The notes under the pieces were generated by a model that saw only the letters and a program-made list of their open reading frames with translations, ran no database searches and was not told where the DNA came from. A program made the position numbers and the translations under genes. Of a DNA stretch of 64,000 nt, positions 31,555 to 42,207 are shown piece by piece. Position 1 is the stretch's first letter; every line of letters begins with the position of its first letter. Location of the stretch: assembly GCA_963779615.1 (NCBI GenBank), contig CAVZZA010000004.1, positions 192,001 to 256,000 of the forward strand, in the 5' to 3' direction. The stretch comes from an uncultured Nitrososphaeraceae archaeon. GTDB lineage: Archaea > Thermoproteota > Nitrososphaeria > Nitrososphaerales > Nitrososphaeraceae.

Positions 31555-32634
31555 ATGAAAAAAATCAATGCATTAGTCACATCGGTTGGAGGCATAGTCG
31601 CACAAGGAATAATTAAATCATTAAAATTTCATAACAACTACTCAGAAAACAAAGCCTATGCCTATAACATTTATGGCACTGACATTGCTTATGACTCGTC
31701 TGGGCTGTATAGAGTAGACAAGTTCTCGCTTGTAGGTAAACCTGAAAGCGAGGGATACATCGAGTCCATAATTAGCATATGCAACAACAATGACATCGAT
31801 ATAGTCTTTATTGGCTCAGATGCTGAATTGTCCAAATTAGGCAATAATCAGAAACAAATTGAAAGCAACACCCATGCAAAAATATTGACAAATCCCTTTG
31901 ATGTGATAGAAAGGTGCAGAGACAAACACAAGACATATGAATTTCTAAAGGAAAACAATCTCAACTACATTCCCTCCTGTTTGGCGGAAGACTCTGAAGA
32001 ATTTGTCAAAGAATACCAATTTCCATTGATTGTCAAGCCATGTGAAGGTTTTGGATCAAAGCTTTTCTTTATTGTTAATGATAATGACGATTTGGATTAT
32101 GCAATTTCATCCATTCAAAGGCACGGATGGAGACCCCTAATGCAAAAATACTTGAGGGATGACAACAAAGAATTCACAACGGGTATCACAATAAACAGGG
32201 ATGGACTGGAAATCATGTCATCAATAGTAATAAAAAAAATATTAAAACACGGTCAAACATACAAAGCCATAATAGATAACTATCCAGAAATAAAAGAGAC
32301 ATCAGAGGAAACCGCAAAAAAAATTGGAGGAATTGGGGCAATAAACATCCAGTTGCGGGTTGATGATGATGATGATGGCAAAGCAAAAATAATTGAAATC
32401 AACCCAAGGTTTTCTGCTACCTGCCCTCTTAGAACTGTCGCTGGGATCAACGAACCTGATATAGTGATGAGAAACACTTTGTTTGGGGAAAATATAAGAA
32501 CTATGGACTATCGGTCTTTGATTTGCCTCCGCTATTGGAACGAAACCTATGTGGATTTGGAAAGGTTTAAGAAAATCAAATCTTCCGACGAAAAAATAAA
32601 AAGTTTGAAATCAACCATTATAGACTATTTTTAA
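31555..32634 (+). CDS. ATP-grasp ligase (2)
   Basis: CRDK..TY, FPLIVKP.EGFGS, QKYL...EFT, EINPRFS. Confidence 0.88.
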   Translation: MKKINALVTSVGGIVAQGIIKSLKFHNNYSENKAYAYNIYGTDIAYDSSGLYRVDKFSLVGKPESEGYIESIISICNNNDIDIVFIGSDAELSKLGNNQKQIESNTHAKILTNPFDVIERCRDKHKTYEFLKENNLNYIPSCLAEDSEEFVKEYQFPLIVKPCEGFGSKLFFIVNDNDDLDYAISSIQRHGWRPLMQKYLRDDNKEFTTGITINRDGLEIMSSIVIKKILKHGQTYKAIIDNYPEIKETSEETAKKIGGIGAINIQLRVDDDDDGKAKIIEINPRFSATCPLRTVAGINEPDIVMRNTLFGENIRTMDYRSLICLRYWNETYVDLERFKKIKSSDEKIKSLKSTIIDYF

Positions 32635-32650
32635 AACTATTTTTATTGAT

Positions 32651-33298
32651 TCACCATTTTGTCGTTCTTACTACCTCAAAACATTCCGCATACTTGCAAT
32701 TCATCTGGTAACCCCTGTAAGCAGCTCTCCCTGTTATTGCATCTATCCATATTGGTCCACACCTTATTTGTTGAGAATCAAAACAGTCCAGAGCAGCTTT
32801 TTTAATTTCAATATAATCCGTCATGTCAACAAATAATTGAGATCGGAATGATTGTTCGGTCACTCCACCAGGGATTGTCGTTTCATACATGTACAAATCC
32901 AAGGTGTCTCTTCCTGCCGAAATAACCGATTGGGTAAGAATTTGATGATCCTGATGTGAATCGCCAATCCATTGAGTGAACACTGCCTTTGGTTTATACA
33001 TGGAAATATACTTGTCGATTACTCCCACTAACTTCCTGCTGTGAATCATTTCATCAGGGGATAAATCCAGAAAATCCGGAGGGGAGCATCCCATTACTTT
33101 AGATGACCTTATGGCCTCCATCTTTCTCTCCTCTTTCTTATCCATTTCTGTAAAGTTTGGCAGTACTGCAATCACCATTTTTACGCTAAACCCTATTCGG
33201 GACAACTTGGCAATGGTCCCTGCCATCCCAATTTCCAGATCGTCAGGATGGGCCCCGAAAACCAAAATATTCCCTTGCTGGGTGTTGTCATTAACCAT
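32651..33298 (-). CDS. PIG-L/LmbE family N-acetylhexosamine deacetylase
   Basis: GAHPDDLE, R..EA, DSHQDH, KK.AL..F.SQ. Confidence 0.9.
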   Translation of the reverse strand: MVNDNTQQGNILVFGAHPDDLEIGMAGTIAKLSRIGFSVKMVIAVLPNFTEMDKKEERKMEAIRSSKVMGCSPPDFLDLSPDEMIHSRKLVGVIDKYISMYKPKAVFTQWIGDSHQDHQILTQSVISAGRDTLDLYMYETTIPGGVTEQSFRSQLFVDMTDYIEIKKAALDCFDSQQIRCGPIWIDAITGRAAYRGYQMNCKYAECFEVVRTTKW

Positions 33299-33324
33299 AT
33301 ATTATCATCATCTCGCAGTACTGA

Positions 33325-34287
33325 TTACACAGCTTTGTTTTTTAGAGCTTTAGGTTCATATTTTTCCCGCATTTGAATATACTCCCTATAGTCCTCATCT
33401 ATCTCTGTTGCCGCCTGCAGTATTTTGCTTTTTATGGCATTGGATGAGTTGATGAACATCTTTGTGTCTTTTGGAAGGCAGTGTCCCCCTATGCCGTCTC
33501 TTGGCTCCAGGACATTCACATTCCACTTTGTGTTGAGCGAATCGCGCAGCTCCGCAAAGCTGATGTTGGTTGACTTGCAGTAAAGGTACAGCTCTTCTGC
33601 AAATGCGATTTGAAGGTACCTGTGGGAATTTTCAATGATTTTGGTAAGCTCTGCCACCTCTATCGAGGAGACGGGATGCATCGGTATTGACAGCGCTTGT
33701 GCTTGGGGGTTTGTTGTGGTTAATGTGGATGATGAGGCAGAGGTATCCTTGTCCCCGCTGATTTTTCCATCATAAAACATTAGGCCCTCCTGCAGGCAGC
33801 ATTTGCTTACGCCGCCCAAAATGCGCAGTTGGTTGACCCCGTGCTCCTGCTCCTCAAGTGCATACCACCTGTGTGGAGCGTGTACAACGTGAAGCCTGTG
33901 GTCCAGTTTCTCAAACACCTTTTGGGACGTTCCCTTTGGTATGGTGCTTTCTATTGATATTAGTGCCCCTGATTTGGCTTCCCTTGATATTTTTTCAACG
34001 ACTGACATGAGCCCATTCACCTGTGGGGAGAACATGTCATCCGGCACATGTGTTGACACGCATATGATCAACACGTCAAAATCATTGAAGGTGCTGGCTT
34101 TTTTGATACCAAAATTTGATTCGGCGGTTGTCATGGCCTTTTCACTTATGTCATATCCATAAGCGTCAAAACCCTTTTCTTTTACGTATTTTGCGACAGG
34201 AAGGCCTAGTTGACCCAGTCCGATAACGACTACTTTATGGGTTATTTCGTGTTTAACTATATTGCTTTTCTTATTTTTAGGGTACAA
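33325..34287 (-). CDS. Nucleotide-sugar 6-dehydrogenase (UDP-Glc/GDP-Man/UDP-ManNAc family) lacking the C-terminal domain
   Basis: VIGLGQLG, ICVST, IESTIP.GT, AELTKIIENS.R, GGHCLPKD (catalytic Cys); ends shortly after. Confidence 0.85.
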   Translation of the reverse strand: MYPKNKKSNIVKHEITHKVVVIGLGQLGLPVAKYVKEKGFDAYGYDISEKAMTTAESNFGIKKASTFNDFDVLIICVSTHVPDDMFSPQVNGLMSVVEKISREAKSGALISIESTIPKGTSQKVFEKLDHRLHVVHAPHRWYALEEQEHGVNQLRILGGVSKCCLQEGLMFYDGKISGDKDTSASSSTLTTTNPQAQALSIPMHPVSSIEVAELTKIIENSHRYLQIAFAEELYLYCKSTNISFAELRDSLNTKWNVNVLEPRDGIGGHCLPKDTKMFINSSNAIKSKILQAATEIDEDYREYIQMREKYEPKALKNKAV

Positions 34288-34424
34288 ATATGCTTTTAGA
34301 CTCTTTCTAAGTTATTAAAGAATTAAGATAGACTTGTTCGAAATTAAATAACCTTATAATTTTATATAAATTTTTTTCCTTTGTTAATACACCATGATTT
34401 TTTATCCCCATCTCTTCAAATTTT

Positions 34425-35570
34425 ATGGTAAAAAGTTATATATCACGGTTAAGGTCAAATTATTTAGTGCTTAATAATCTAAGAAATAAATTTGATCCAA
34501 TATTAGAAAAGGTAGGTGTAGGATTTGCAAATTTAGGTTATGGACCTAATTTCTGGACATGGCTAGGTTTAATTTTATCAATTATATCCGCTATTATGTT
34601 TTCGCTACATTCACCTTCAGTAGGAGCAAATTGGTATACTGCGACATTCCTTGGAGGTTTATTTTTAATAGTAGCAGGCTTTTTTGATGCAATAGACGGA
34701 ACAGTAGCAAGGGTAACCAAAAGAACGTCTGCATTAGGCTCTTTTTTAGATTCCATAATAGATAAAGTATCTGAAATAGTTATTTTTATAGGCATTTTAA
34801 TAGGTAATTTTACCAATCCAGTTTTAGTACTGGTTACATTATCACTTTCCATTCTAGTAAGCTATACCAGAGCACGAGCAGAATCAATGGGGATAGACCT
34901 TAAAGGAAAAGGGATTGCAGAAAGAGCCGAAAGGATTTTGATTTTGTCGATTCTGGCATTTATTCCATTTCAAGACAATATATCAGTAGCCTTATGGATA
35001 ATATCAATTCTGGCAGTCATAACAATCCTGGAAAGGTTAAAGATAGTATCAGCAGTGTTTGGCGCTTCACTTTTTTCAGTGGAATCATTTAGCCAAATAT
35101 TCAAGAGAGATAGTAGCATGGCAGGTTCAAACTATTCAACAACAGGACGTCAAGATACAACAAAAGTTGATAGTGACAAACCATCATCATCATCATCGTC
35201 CAGATTATCGGATAGTGTAAGGGAGATATTACATAAGCCTGACACCAAAAAGAATGAAAAACTAGAAGAATCCAAACCATATAAAACTGAAAAGGCAAGC
35301 TTTTTGGACAAAACCGATCCTAATGAAATGGGAAGAAATACAGAGCAAATAATATCTGAACTGGAAAACGAAGATAAAAAATTTATGAGTAAAAAACCAC
35401 CATCATCCTCCGCTTCAACAACAGATTCCGCTTCAACAACATCTCCCCCTAAGCCTGAAAATAAAAATGACAAACCAACCGCCTCCACCACCACCACGGA
35501 TCCAACATCAGACCCTGAAAACAACGAGGCAAACGAAAACACCAAAAAATCAGATTCAAGCTCCCCATAA
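34425..35570 (+). CDS. CDP-alcohol phosphatidyltransferase (archaetidylinositol-phosphate synthase-like) with long disordered C-terminal tail; start probably GTG near 34467
   Basis: PN..T, DAIDG.VAR......G.FLD...D, SYTRARAE, ERAER. Confidence 0.88.
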   Translation: MVKSYISRLRSNYLVLNNLRNKFDPILEKVGVGFANLGYGPNFWTWLGLILSIISAIMFSLHSPSVGANWYTATFLGGLFLIVAGFFDAIDGTVARVTKRTSALGSFLDSIIDKVSEIVIFIGILIGNFTNPVLVLVTLSLSILVSYTRARAESMGIDLKGKGIAERAERILILSILAFIPFQDNISVALWIISILAVITILERLKIVSAVFGASLFSVESFSQIFKRDSSMAGSNYSTTGRQDTTKVDSDKPSSSSSSRLSDSVREILHKPDTKKNEKLEESKPYKTEKASFLDKTDPNEMGRNTEQIISELENEDKKFMSKKPPSSSASTTDSASTTSPPKPENKNDKPTASTTTTDPTSDPENNEANENTKKSDSSSP

Positions 35571-35741
35571 TATTGCGAATAGGCCATTACTTTTTATTAT
35601 TTCATCATTCGATTTTTAGATTGTAACATTTGATTGCTAAAAAAGATGAATCAAGCAATTATTAAAAATAAATGCATGAACAAATGAACAAATAAATAAT
35701 AATTTATAAAATTAAATTTTAAGACTATGGAATGAGATTTC

Positions 35742-36029
35742 TTAACCTAACTTTCCTGAATTTCTTCTATCATTTTCCGAACGTACTTTCACTATACCTC
35801 TGTGTACCGCGCAAGATACACAATAAAACTTTACATCAGTTGATGGTGCAATATATGCCCCCTGCAATTTTAATTCTTTTGCAAGAGTTGGTTCCACTAA
35901 AGTAATTCTGCCGGTAATTTTCTTTGCTTTATCCCTAGGCACCATTGCGCCGCATTGACTACAATGAACAGTTCCTGAACTTCCCTTTCCGCCTTTGGTT
36001 CTACCCCTACTAGTTCTTTTTTTAGGCAT
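35742..36029 (-). CDS. rps26e: 30S ribosomal protein S26e
   Basis: MPKKR...GR.KG, CSQCG..VPRDKA, YCVSCAVHRGIVKVRS. Confidence 0.95.
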   Translation of the reverse strand: MPKKRTSRGRTKGGKGSSGTVHCSQCGAMVPRDKAKKITGRITLVEPTLAKELKLQGAYIAPSTDVKFYCVSCAVHRGIVKVRSENDRRNSGKLG

Positions 36030-36546
36030 CCATTAGTTACGAGACTATTTCTATCCTTTAAATCTTATGATAACCTTATTATAGGATTGTTAAAAACAAT
36101 TTATTTAGGCAGATTATTGTAACAATTAGCATTGTATCCCGTGCCACTATGCATATCCAATGCACGAATGGACAAATTCCTGAATGCGAACATACTTAAT
36201 TTGATATTGCAAATTAGCATCAATTAAAAATAACCACAGCACGCAGATGAAATTATAGTTGTAATATATCTTTTCAGTTGTAAAAATTTGTTATCCATTT
36301 TATCGTGTAATCGACCCACATAATTCAGGCATTTATTTTTAGTATCAAAAAAAATTTCCTGTTACCTTTTGTTTTGGTGCATTCTTCACGTTCGGTTGGT
36401 TTTTGGCAAGAATATTGGATGATACCCTACGAAAAATAACCGGATTAAACTCCCACATTACCATTATTCAAAATATGGCCTGCTAATAAAGACAATAAAA
36501 AAAACAAACTTTATTAAATTACCTTAATTTAACAAAGATTTACAGA

Positions 36547-37551
36547 ATGCGAATTGCTTTATCAGGATTTACCGGAAAGGATTCAACAGTTTTATCCCAG
36601 TTAATCAAATCATTAGACGAGTCCCATATTCAAACATTAATGATGAACAACTCAAATCAGGAAATAGCAAAAGATGTCGATCTTGTGTTAGTTCCCGGAG
36701 GTGACAGAGGAATTTTAAACTACTTTCATAAAGTAACTGTTGAATCGGCGCCAGTTTTAGGTATTTATGAATCAAACTCCACAGGTTTTCTTGCGCAAAT
36801 TGATGCAAAAGGCATTGATTCAATCAAGGACAAACTAAAGTCTGGAAATTATGAAATAAGAGAGGAGGAAAGAGTAGCCGTAAATGTCGATAATAAAGAT
36901 GTAGAGCCGGTATTAAACGATGTCGCAATTTTTTCGAATAAAAGTGCTGTTTTGATGGAGCATTTCCTACGGATAAACAATAAGGACATTTGGCATGATA
37001 ACAGTGATGGAGTTATTATAGCAACCCCTATAGGTTCAACAGCATATGCAATGTCAGCAGGGGGGCCGATGGTATTGCAGAATTCTCATGTTTTCGTCGC
37101 TATTTCCGTGAATTCTTTAGATAACACCAGAAGGCCACTTATTGTTTCCAGTGATAGCTTTATTGAAATAGCTGACATAACATCAAGTCACCATTGCGAG
37201 GTGATTTTGGACGGTACCTTCAGGATAAAAATTACTGATAAACTGCAATGTCACAAACATGAATTTCCAGCCAAGCTCGTTACCTTAGATAACAATTATT
37301 CAGCAACAAACATCATTGAAAAAAAAGTCAAATACGCTGAAGACCTGCTGAAAATGCCACCCAGTGCAAAATTGATTTTAAAAACTTTGGAATATGAAGG
37401 CACAATGACCCAAAAAGATCTGATCAACAAGACAATGCTGCCTGAAAGAACAATAAGACTGTCGTTATCTCATTTACTAAATCGAGGATATGTAAAAAAA
37501 AAAATATCCCTGAGAGACGCCAGACAAAAAATATACGAGTTAAAAATTTAA
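36547..37551 (+). CDS. NAD kinase with C-terminal winged-helix domain
   Basis: GGD, LND, DGVIIATPIGSTAYAMSAGGP; C-terminal PPSAKLILKTLEYEG.MTQKDL...DARQKIY. Confidence 0.88.
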   Translation: MRIALSGFTGKDSTVLSQLIKSLDESHIQTLMMNNSNQEIAKDVDLVLVPGGDRGILNYFHKVTVESAPVLGIYESNSTGFLAQIDAKGIDSIKDKLKSGNYEIREEERVAVNVDNKDVEPVLNDVAIFSNKSAVLMEHFLRINNKDIWHDNSDGVIIATPIGSTAYAMSAGGPMVLQNSHVFVAISVNSLDNTRRPLIVSSDSFIEIADITSSHHCEVILDGTFRIKITDKLQCHKHEFPAKLVTLDNNYSATNIIEKKVKYAEDLLKMPPSAKLILKTLEYEGTMTQKDLINKTMLPERTIRLSLSHLLNRGYVKKKISLRDARQKIYELKI

Positions 37552-39212
37552 CTGCTGCTTTTTTTCAATTTGTCTTTTATTGAGGCCTTGATGAAATACT
37601 CAAAAGACGGCTCAGGTTTGCCTGGCCTGCTATGAAATTCTCCATGATATTGAATTCCGAAATAAAAACTATGATCAGGTATTTCCAATATCTCAATCCT
37701 TTTTTTGTGATCCGAGGACCCGGTAAATCTCATACCATATTTTTCAAACAGTTCCCTATACTCTTGATTGAATTCATACCTATGTCGGTGCCTTCGCTTG
37801 ATTGAGGCCTTATTATATAGCCCAAATGCAACAGAATCTGAATCTATTTCGATTTTGTGCAGCCCCAACCTCATTGTCCCTCCATAGTTTTTCAACTGTT
37901 CTTGTTCTGGCATATACACTACCACGGGATTTTTTGTATTTTGGTTTATTTCAGTGGTGTTGGCATCAGATAGATTACAAATATTCCTTGCAAAGGCAAC
38001 TATTGCCAATTGAAATCCAAAACATATTCCCAGGTAGGGTATATTGTTTTGCCGGGCATAGTTTGACGCATTTATTATACCTTCACTTCCCCTGCTCCCA
38101 AAGCCACCAGGTATTAATATCCCATCGTAGGTATCAAGTGATTTTAACCTTTTGCTTAAAGGGGGGGAGCCAGTTGTTCCACCCTGCTCATTAGGTTTTA
38201 CCTCTAATCTTTCAGAGTCTATCCATTCAATTTGTATTTCTTTTCCAAATTTCGCACCAGAGTGTAATAGAGCTTGGTATACACTAACATAGCTATCCCT
38301 TAGATCAACATATTTCCCGATTATTGCGATTTTTATAGATCCCTTAAAGGCGGTGTATGTTTTGGATATTTGTTTCCAACTTGAGATATTTGGTTTGGTT
38401 GTCAAATTTAATTTTTTTAGAATCACCTTTGTAATTCCTTGCTCATAGAGAACTTCGGGAACAGAATAAATTGATGGCATGTCGTGACAGGACATTACAG
38501 ATTCGGGAGAGATATTTGCGAAAAGAGATAATTTTCGGATTGTTTCGGGTGTCAGCTGTGTTTTACATCTGACAGCCAACAGATCTGGTTGAATACCTAT
38601 TCTACGCAACTCTTGCACACTATGTTGTGTTGGTTTGGTTTTTTGCTCTCCAACAGTATCCAAAACAGGTGCCAAGGTTACATGTATAAAAAATGAATTT
38701 GAATTCTCGTCTTCCAGTTTCATTTGTCTTATTGCCTCCAAAAATGGTAAACTTTCAATATCGCCAACAGTGCCTCCACACTCTACGACCAATACATGTA
38801 GTTGTTCCTTTCTTGATATTTCTCTTAATTGGTTTTTAATTTCATCGGTTATGTGAGGGATTATTTGAACGCACTGGCCCAGATATTTACCCTCTCTTTC
38901 AGATTTGATCACATTTGAAAAAATTCTTCCTGTAGTGATATTGTGTCCTGAGGTTAAGTTTATGTCCAGAAAACGTTCATAGTTTCCAACATCCATATCA
39001 CACTCACCGCCATCATCAGTAACAAATACCTCCCCATGTGTAAGTGGATTCATTGTTCCTGCGTCATAATTGACATATGGGTCGATTTTAACACATGATA
39101 CCTTTAGTCCGCACAGTTGTAACAGTTTTGCAGTTGAAGAAGTTACAATCCCCTTCCCTAAACCAGACATTACACCACCTGTGACAAATATAAATTTTGG
39201 AGGAATAACCAT
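37548..39212 (-). CDS. pyrG: CTP synthase
   Basis: KFIFVTGGVMSGLGKG, GGTVGDIESLPF, KTKPTQ, LGICFG, RHRHRYE, QYHGEF; ATG at 39212. Confidence 0.96.
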   Translation of the reverse strand: MVIPPKFIFVTGGVMSGLGKGIVTSSTAKLLQLCGLKVSCVKIDPYVNYDAGTMNPLTHGEVFVTDDGGECDMDVGNYERFLDINLTSGHNITTGRIFSNVIKSEREGKYLGQCVQIIPHITDEIKNQLREISRKEQLHVLVVECGGTVGDIESLPFLEAIRQMKLEDENSNSFFIHVTLAPVLDTVGEQKTKPTQHSVQELRRIGIQPDLLAVRCKTQLTPETIRKLSLFANISPESVMSCHDMPSIYSVPEVLYEQGITKVILKKLNLTTKPNISSWKQISKTYTAFKGSIKIAIIGKYVDLRDSYVSVYQALLHSGAKFGKEIQIEWIDSERLEVKPNEQGGTTGSPPLSKRLKSLDTYDGILIPGGFGSRGSEGIINASNYARQNNIPYLGICFGFQLAIVAFARNICNLSDANTTEINQNTKNPVVVYMPEQEQLKNYGGTMRLGLHKIEIDSDSVAFGLYNKASIKRRHRHRYEFNQEYRELFEKYGMRFTGSSDHKKRIEILEIPDHSFYFGIQYHGEFHSRPGKPEPSFEYFIKASIKDKLKKSSS

Positions 39213-39618
39213 AACTTTATAGAAAAGGTAAATCAAGTTATCTATAATTAAGTGTTTTTTATTAAAAATCAGTTTAAGACTCAATTGACATTGTGCTGCC
39301 GCAATCACACATGTTTTTTAAACCCTATGCAAGTAAACGAATTGGGGATTGAAAAGGACGATAACAGCATATGTGTGCTGCTAGTGCTACCTAATTAATC
39401 AAAACGGTCCTAAACACAATAATTCACCATCACACACCCAATCTGTTTTTACAACATATAAACAATGTTTTGACTGACCCACAACAAATCAAACCAGAAC
39501 GTTTTCCTTGGTTGTTCTCACTCATCCTTCACAAAGGTCTGCAAATTACTGTCTCACCATAACAAATGAAAAAATAAAGGTTTTTGTATTCCCTTTTATA
39601 TAGAATATTATTCATATA

Positions 39619-40014
39619 ATGAATTCTTCAAAAAGTGATGACAGTGATTCTGATAACAAAGATATTAATGTAAAAGGGAAAGGCGCATTAGATATGCTAC
39701 ACAAGGATATTTCAAGAGAAAATGAAAAAAACATGAATTTGAAAATTTCAGACATCTATGGAGTCGACTATGATGAAGCAAATGAGATCCATACAAATTA
39801 CCATACTCTTAGAATACAAAACCTTATAAAAAAATCAGAAATTTTGTTTAAAATGAGTCCAGCATTAGAGAACCTTTTTGATATTACAAATTTATCCTCA
39901 AAAGTCGTCACAGGCGAGATAACAGAAAACAGTTGTTTGGACATATTAATTAACACGGTCAAAAATCACACAGAATACAAAAAAAAGGACAGATACATCA
40001 ATTTTTACAGCTAA
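39619..40014 (+). CDS. Hypothetical protein
   Basis: 131-aa ORF co-oriented ahead of trpC. Confidence 0.55.
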   Translation: MNSSKSDDSDSDNKDINVKGKGALDMLHKDISRENEKNMNLKISDIYGVDYDEANEIHTNYHTLRIQNLIKKSEILFKMSPALENLFDITNLSSKVVTGEITENSCLDILINTVKNHTEYKKKDRYINFYS

Positions 40015-40043
40015 CCTAGAGTTTCCATGCAAGGCACGTCTTT

Positions 40044-40943
40044 ATGTCAAACGAATTCGGGAAAGAAAACTATGAAACTGCATTTAAATTTAAATATGGT
40101 GTAAAAAATAATTTGAAATTCTTTGATAACAAGTCCGTATTAAAAACGCTTGTTGACAATTCGTTTAAAGCTATTGACAATGGTTTTTATGATTTGAAAA
40201 ATGGCCCTAATTTCTATAATCACACAAAAATTAACCTGAAACAAAAAATAATCCACTGCACACACGTCCCCTTAATAACGGAATTAAAGTTTGCGTCACC
40301 CTCCAAAGGTACTATGTTAGATTCAGGTAAAGTAAGTGTGGAGACTGTAGTAACAGAAATGGAAAAAGCGCACTCGTCTGGAATTTCAATATTGACACAG
40401 CCTTTTCTTTTCAATGGATCCATAGGCCATATTCTAAGGGCTCGAAAAAAAACTATTTTGCCAATACTAATGAAGGACATTATCGTAAGCGATGTGCAAA
40501 TTACCACAGCAAAGGAAATAGGGGCGGATTGCATCCTATTGATTAAAACGATTTTTGACAAGGACATGACAGAGGGCAGTTTAGAGAAATTTAGCGCACA
40601 TGCAAAAAAAATAGGATTGCAAGTAATAGTTGAAACTCATTCCGTGAATGAATTCAAGGAGGCTGTTGAATTGAATAATGCGGGAGAAAAAATGTTTGAC
40701 ATTATTGGAATCAATAACAGGAATTTGGACACATTAAAAATTGACTTGGACGCAACCAAGACAATTCTTTCATCCTGCGAAAAGCATGGAAATTTGGTTC
40801 TGTCAGAGAGTGGAATATACTCAAAAAAAGATATTCTGTATTTGAAGGAATCCGGGGCTGATGCATTTTTAATTGGCACAAGCCTTATGGAAAACATCAC
40901 CGACCTGGAAAAAGAAATTAATGAATTGTATATGGCCTACTGA
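40044..40943 (+). CDS. trpC: Indole-3-glycerol phosphate synthase
   Basis: [38 protein letters not shown]. Confidence 0.92.
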   Translation: MSNEFGKENYETAFKFKYGVKNNLKFFDNKSVLKTLVDNSFKAIDNGFYDLKNGPNFYNHTKINLKQKIIHCTHVPLITELKFASPSKGTMLDSGKVSVETVVTEMEKAHSSGISILTQPFLFNGSIGHILRARKKTILPILMKDIIVSDVQITTAKEIGADCILLIKTIFDKDMTEGSLEKFSAHAKKIGLQVIVETHSVNEFKEAVELNNAGEKMFDIIGINNRNLDTLKIDLDATKTILSSCEKHGNLVLSESGIYSKKDILYLKESGADAFLIGTSLMENITDLEKEINELYMAY

Positions 40944-42207
40944 AAAAATAACAGGTAAATTATTAAGTAACAGTAATCAATTTTATTTAAATTATCCAAT
41001 GAAACAGAGCAATATAGGAAAGTTCGGCATCTTTGGAGGAAGACATGTTCCAGAAACTTTAATTCCAGCTTTAGATGAATTAGAATACAATTACCAAAAA
41101 CTAAGAAAAAATAAACAGTTTCAAAAAGAATTGACCCATTTATTACAAAATTATGCCGGAAGGCCAACACCTCTATATTATGCCAAAAATTTAACTAACT
41201 ACCTAAAAGGCCCAAAAATATTTTTGAAAAGAGAGGATCTTTTACACAGTGGGGCCCACAAAATCAACAACACCCTTGGTCAAGCTTTACTTGCCCACAA
41301 AATGGGAAAAAAGAGAATTATAGCAGAAACAGGCGCAGGACAGCATGGCGTGGCAACAGCAATGGCCTCGGCATTATTTGGCTTAGAAACAGAAATCTAC
41401 ATGGGCGCTAAAGATGTGGAAAGACAACAATCAAACGTTTTTAGGATGAGGCTGCTTAACGCAAAGGTTCATCCTGTTACGTCCGGCTCAATGACACTAA
41501 AAGATTCGGTAAATGAGGCATTACGTGATTGGATAACAAACGTAAAAACCACGCACTATTTGATAGGCACAGTTATGGGCCCACATCCATTCCCTACAAT
41601 AGTAAGGGACTTTCAAAGTGTCATAGGGATGGAAATAAAAGAGCAAATAATTCAGGAAACCGGAGCGTTGCCAGATTCCGTTATTGCGTGTGTTGGTGGC
41701 GGGAGCAATGCGATAGGGACATTTTTTCCATTTTTAAACGATGACAAGGTAGAGCTTTATGGTATTGAGGCCGGGGGAAAAGGAATGGCATCAGGCCATC
41801 ACGCCGCAACACTGTCCAAAGGCAAAATCGGCATTCTCCACGGAATGAAAAGTTATTTTCTCCAAGACAAAAACGGACAAATAAAAGAAGCGCACAGTAT
41901 CTCTGCAGGGCTTGACTATCCTGGGGTTGGGCCTGAGCATGCCTACCTTAAAGACAGCAAAAGAGTAAAATACTCTGTCGTTACTGACGATGAGGCATTA
42001 AAAGCATTTTTACTTTTATCCAAATTAGAGGGAATAATACCTGCTTTAGAGTCCTCTCATGCCATAGCTTACCTAGCGAAGCATTCAAAAAAGTTTTCCA
42101 GAGATACCTCTGTTGTGGTTACCATTTCTGGAAGAGGCGATAAGGATCTTCAAATAGTTAGGGAAAAAATCGATGAAAAAACAAAAAGTGAAACGAAAGA
42201 TGTATGA
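40873..42207 (+). CDS. trpB: Tryptophan synthase beta chain (true start likely downstream, e.g. ATG 40999)
   Basis: [57 protein letters not shown]. Confidence 0.96.
   Translation: MAQALWKTSPTWKKKLMNCIWPTEKITGKLLSNSNQFYLNYPMKQSNIGKFGIFGGRHVPETLIPALDELEYNYQKLRKNKQFQKELTHLLQNYAGRPTPLYYAKNLTNYLKGPKIFLKREDLLHSGAHKINNTLGQALLAHKMGKKRIIAETGAGQHGVATAMASALFGLETEIYMGAKDVERQQSNVFRMRLLNAKVHPVTSGSMTLKDSVNEALRDWITNVKTTHYLIGTVMGPHPFPTIVRDFQSVIGMEIKEQIIQETGALPDSVIACVGGGSNAIGTFFPFLNDDKVELYGIEAGGKGMASGHHAATLSKGKIGILHGMKSYFLQDKNGQIKEAHSISAGLDYPGVGPEHAYLKDSKRVKYSVVTDDEALKAFLLLSKLEGIIPALESSHAIAYLAKHSKKFSRDTSVVVTISGRGDKDLQIVREKIDEKTKSETKDV

Noticed and set aside
35150-35587. 145-aa antisense ORF
   Set aside because: Shadow of the low-complexity tail of the phosphatidyltransferase
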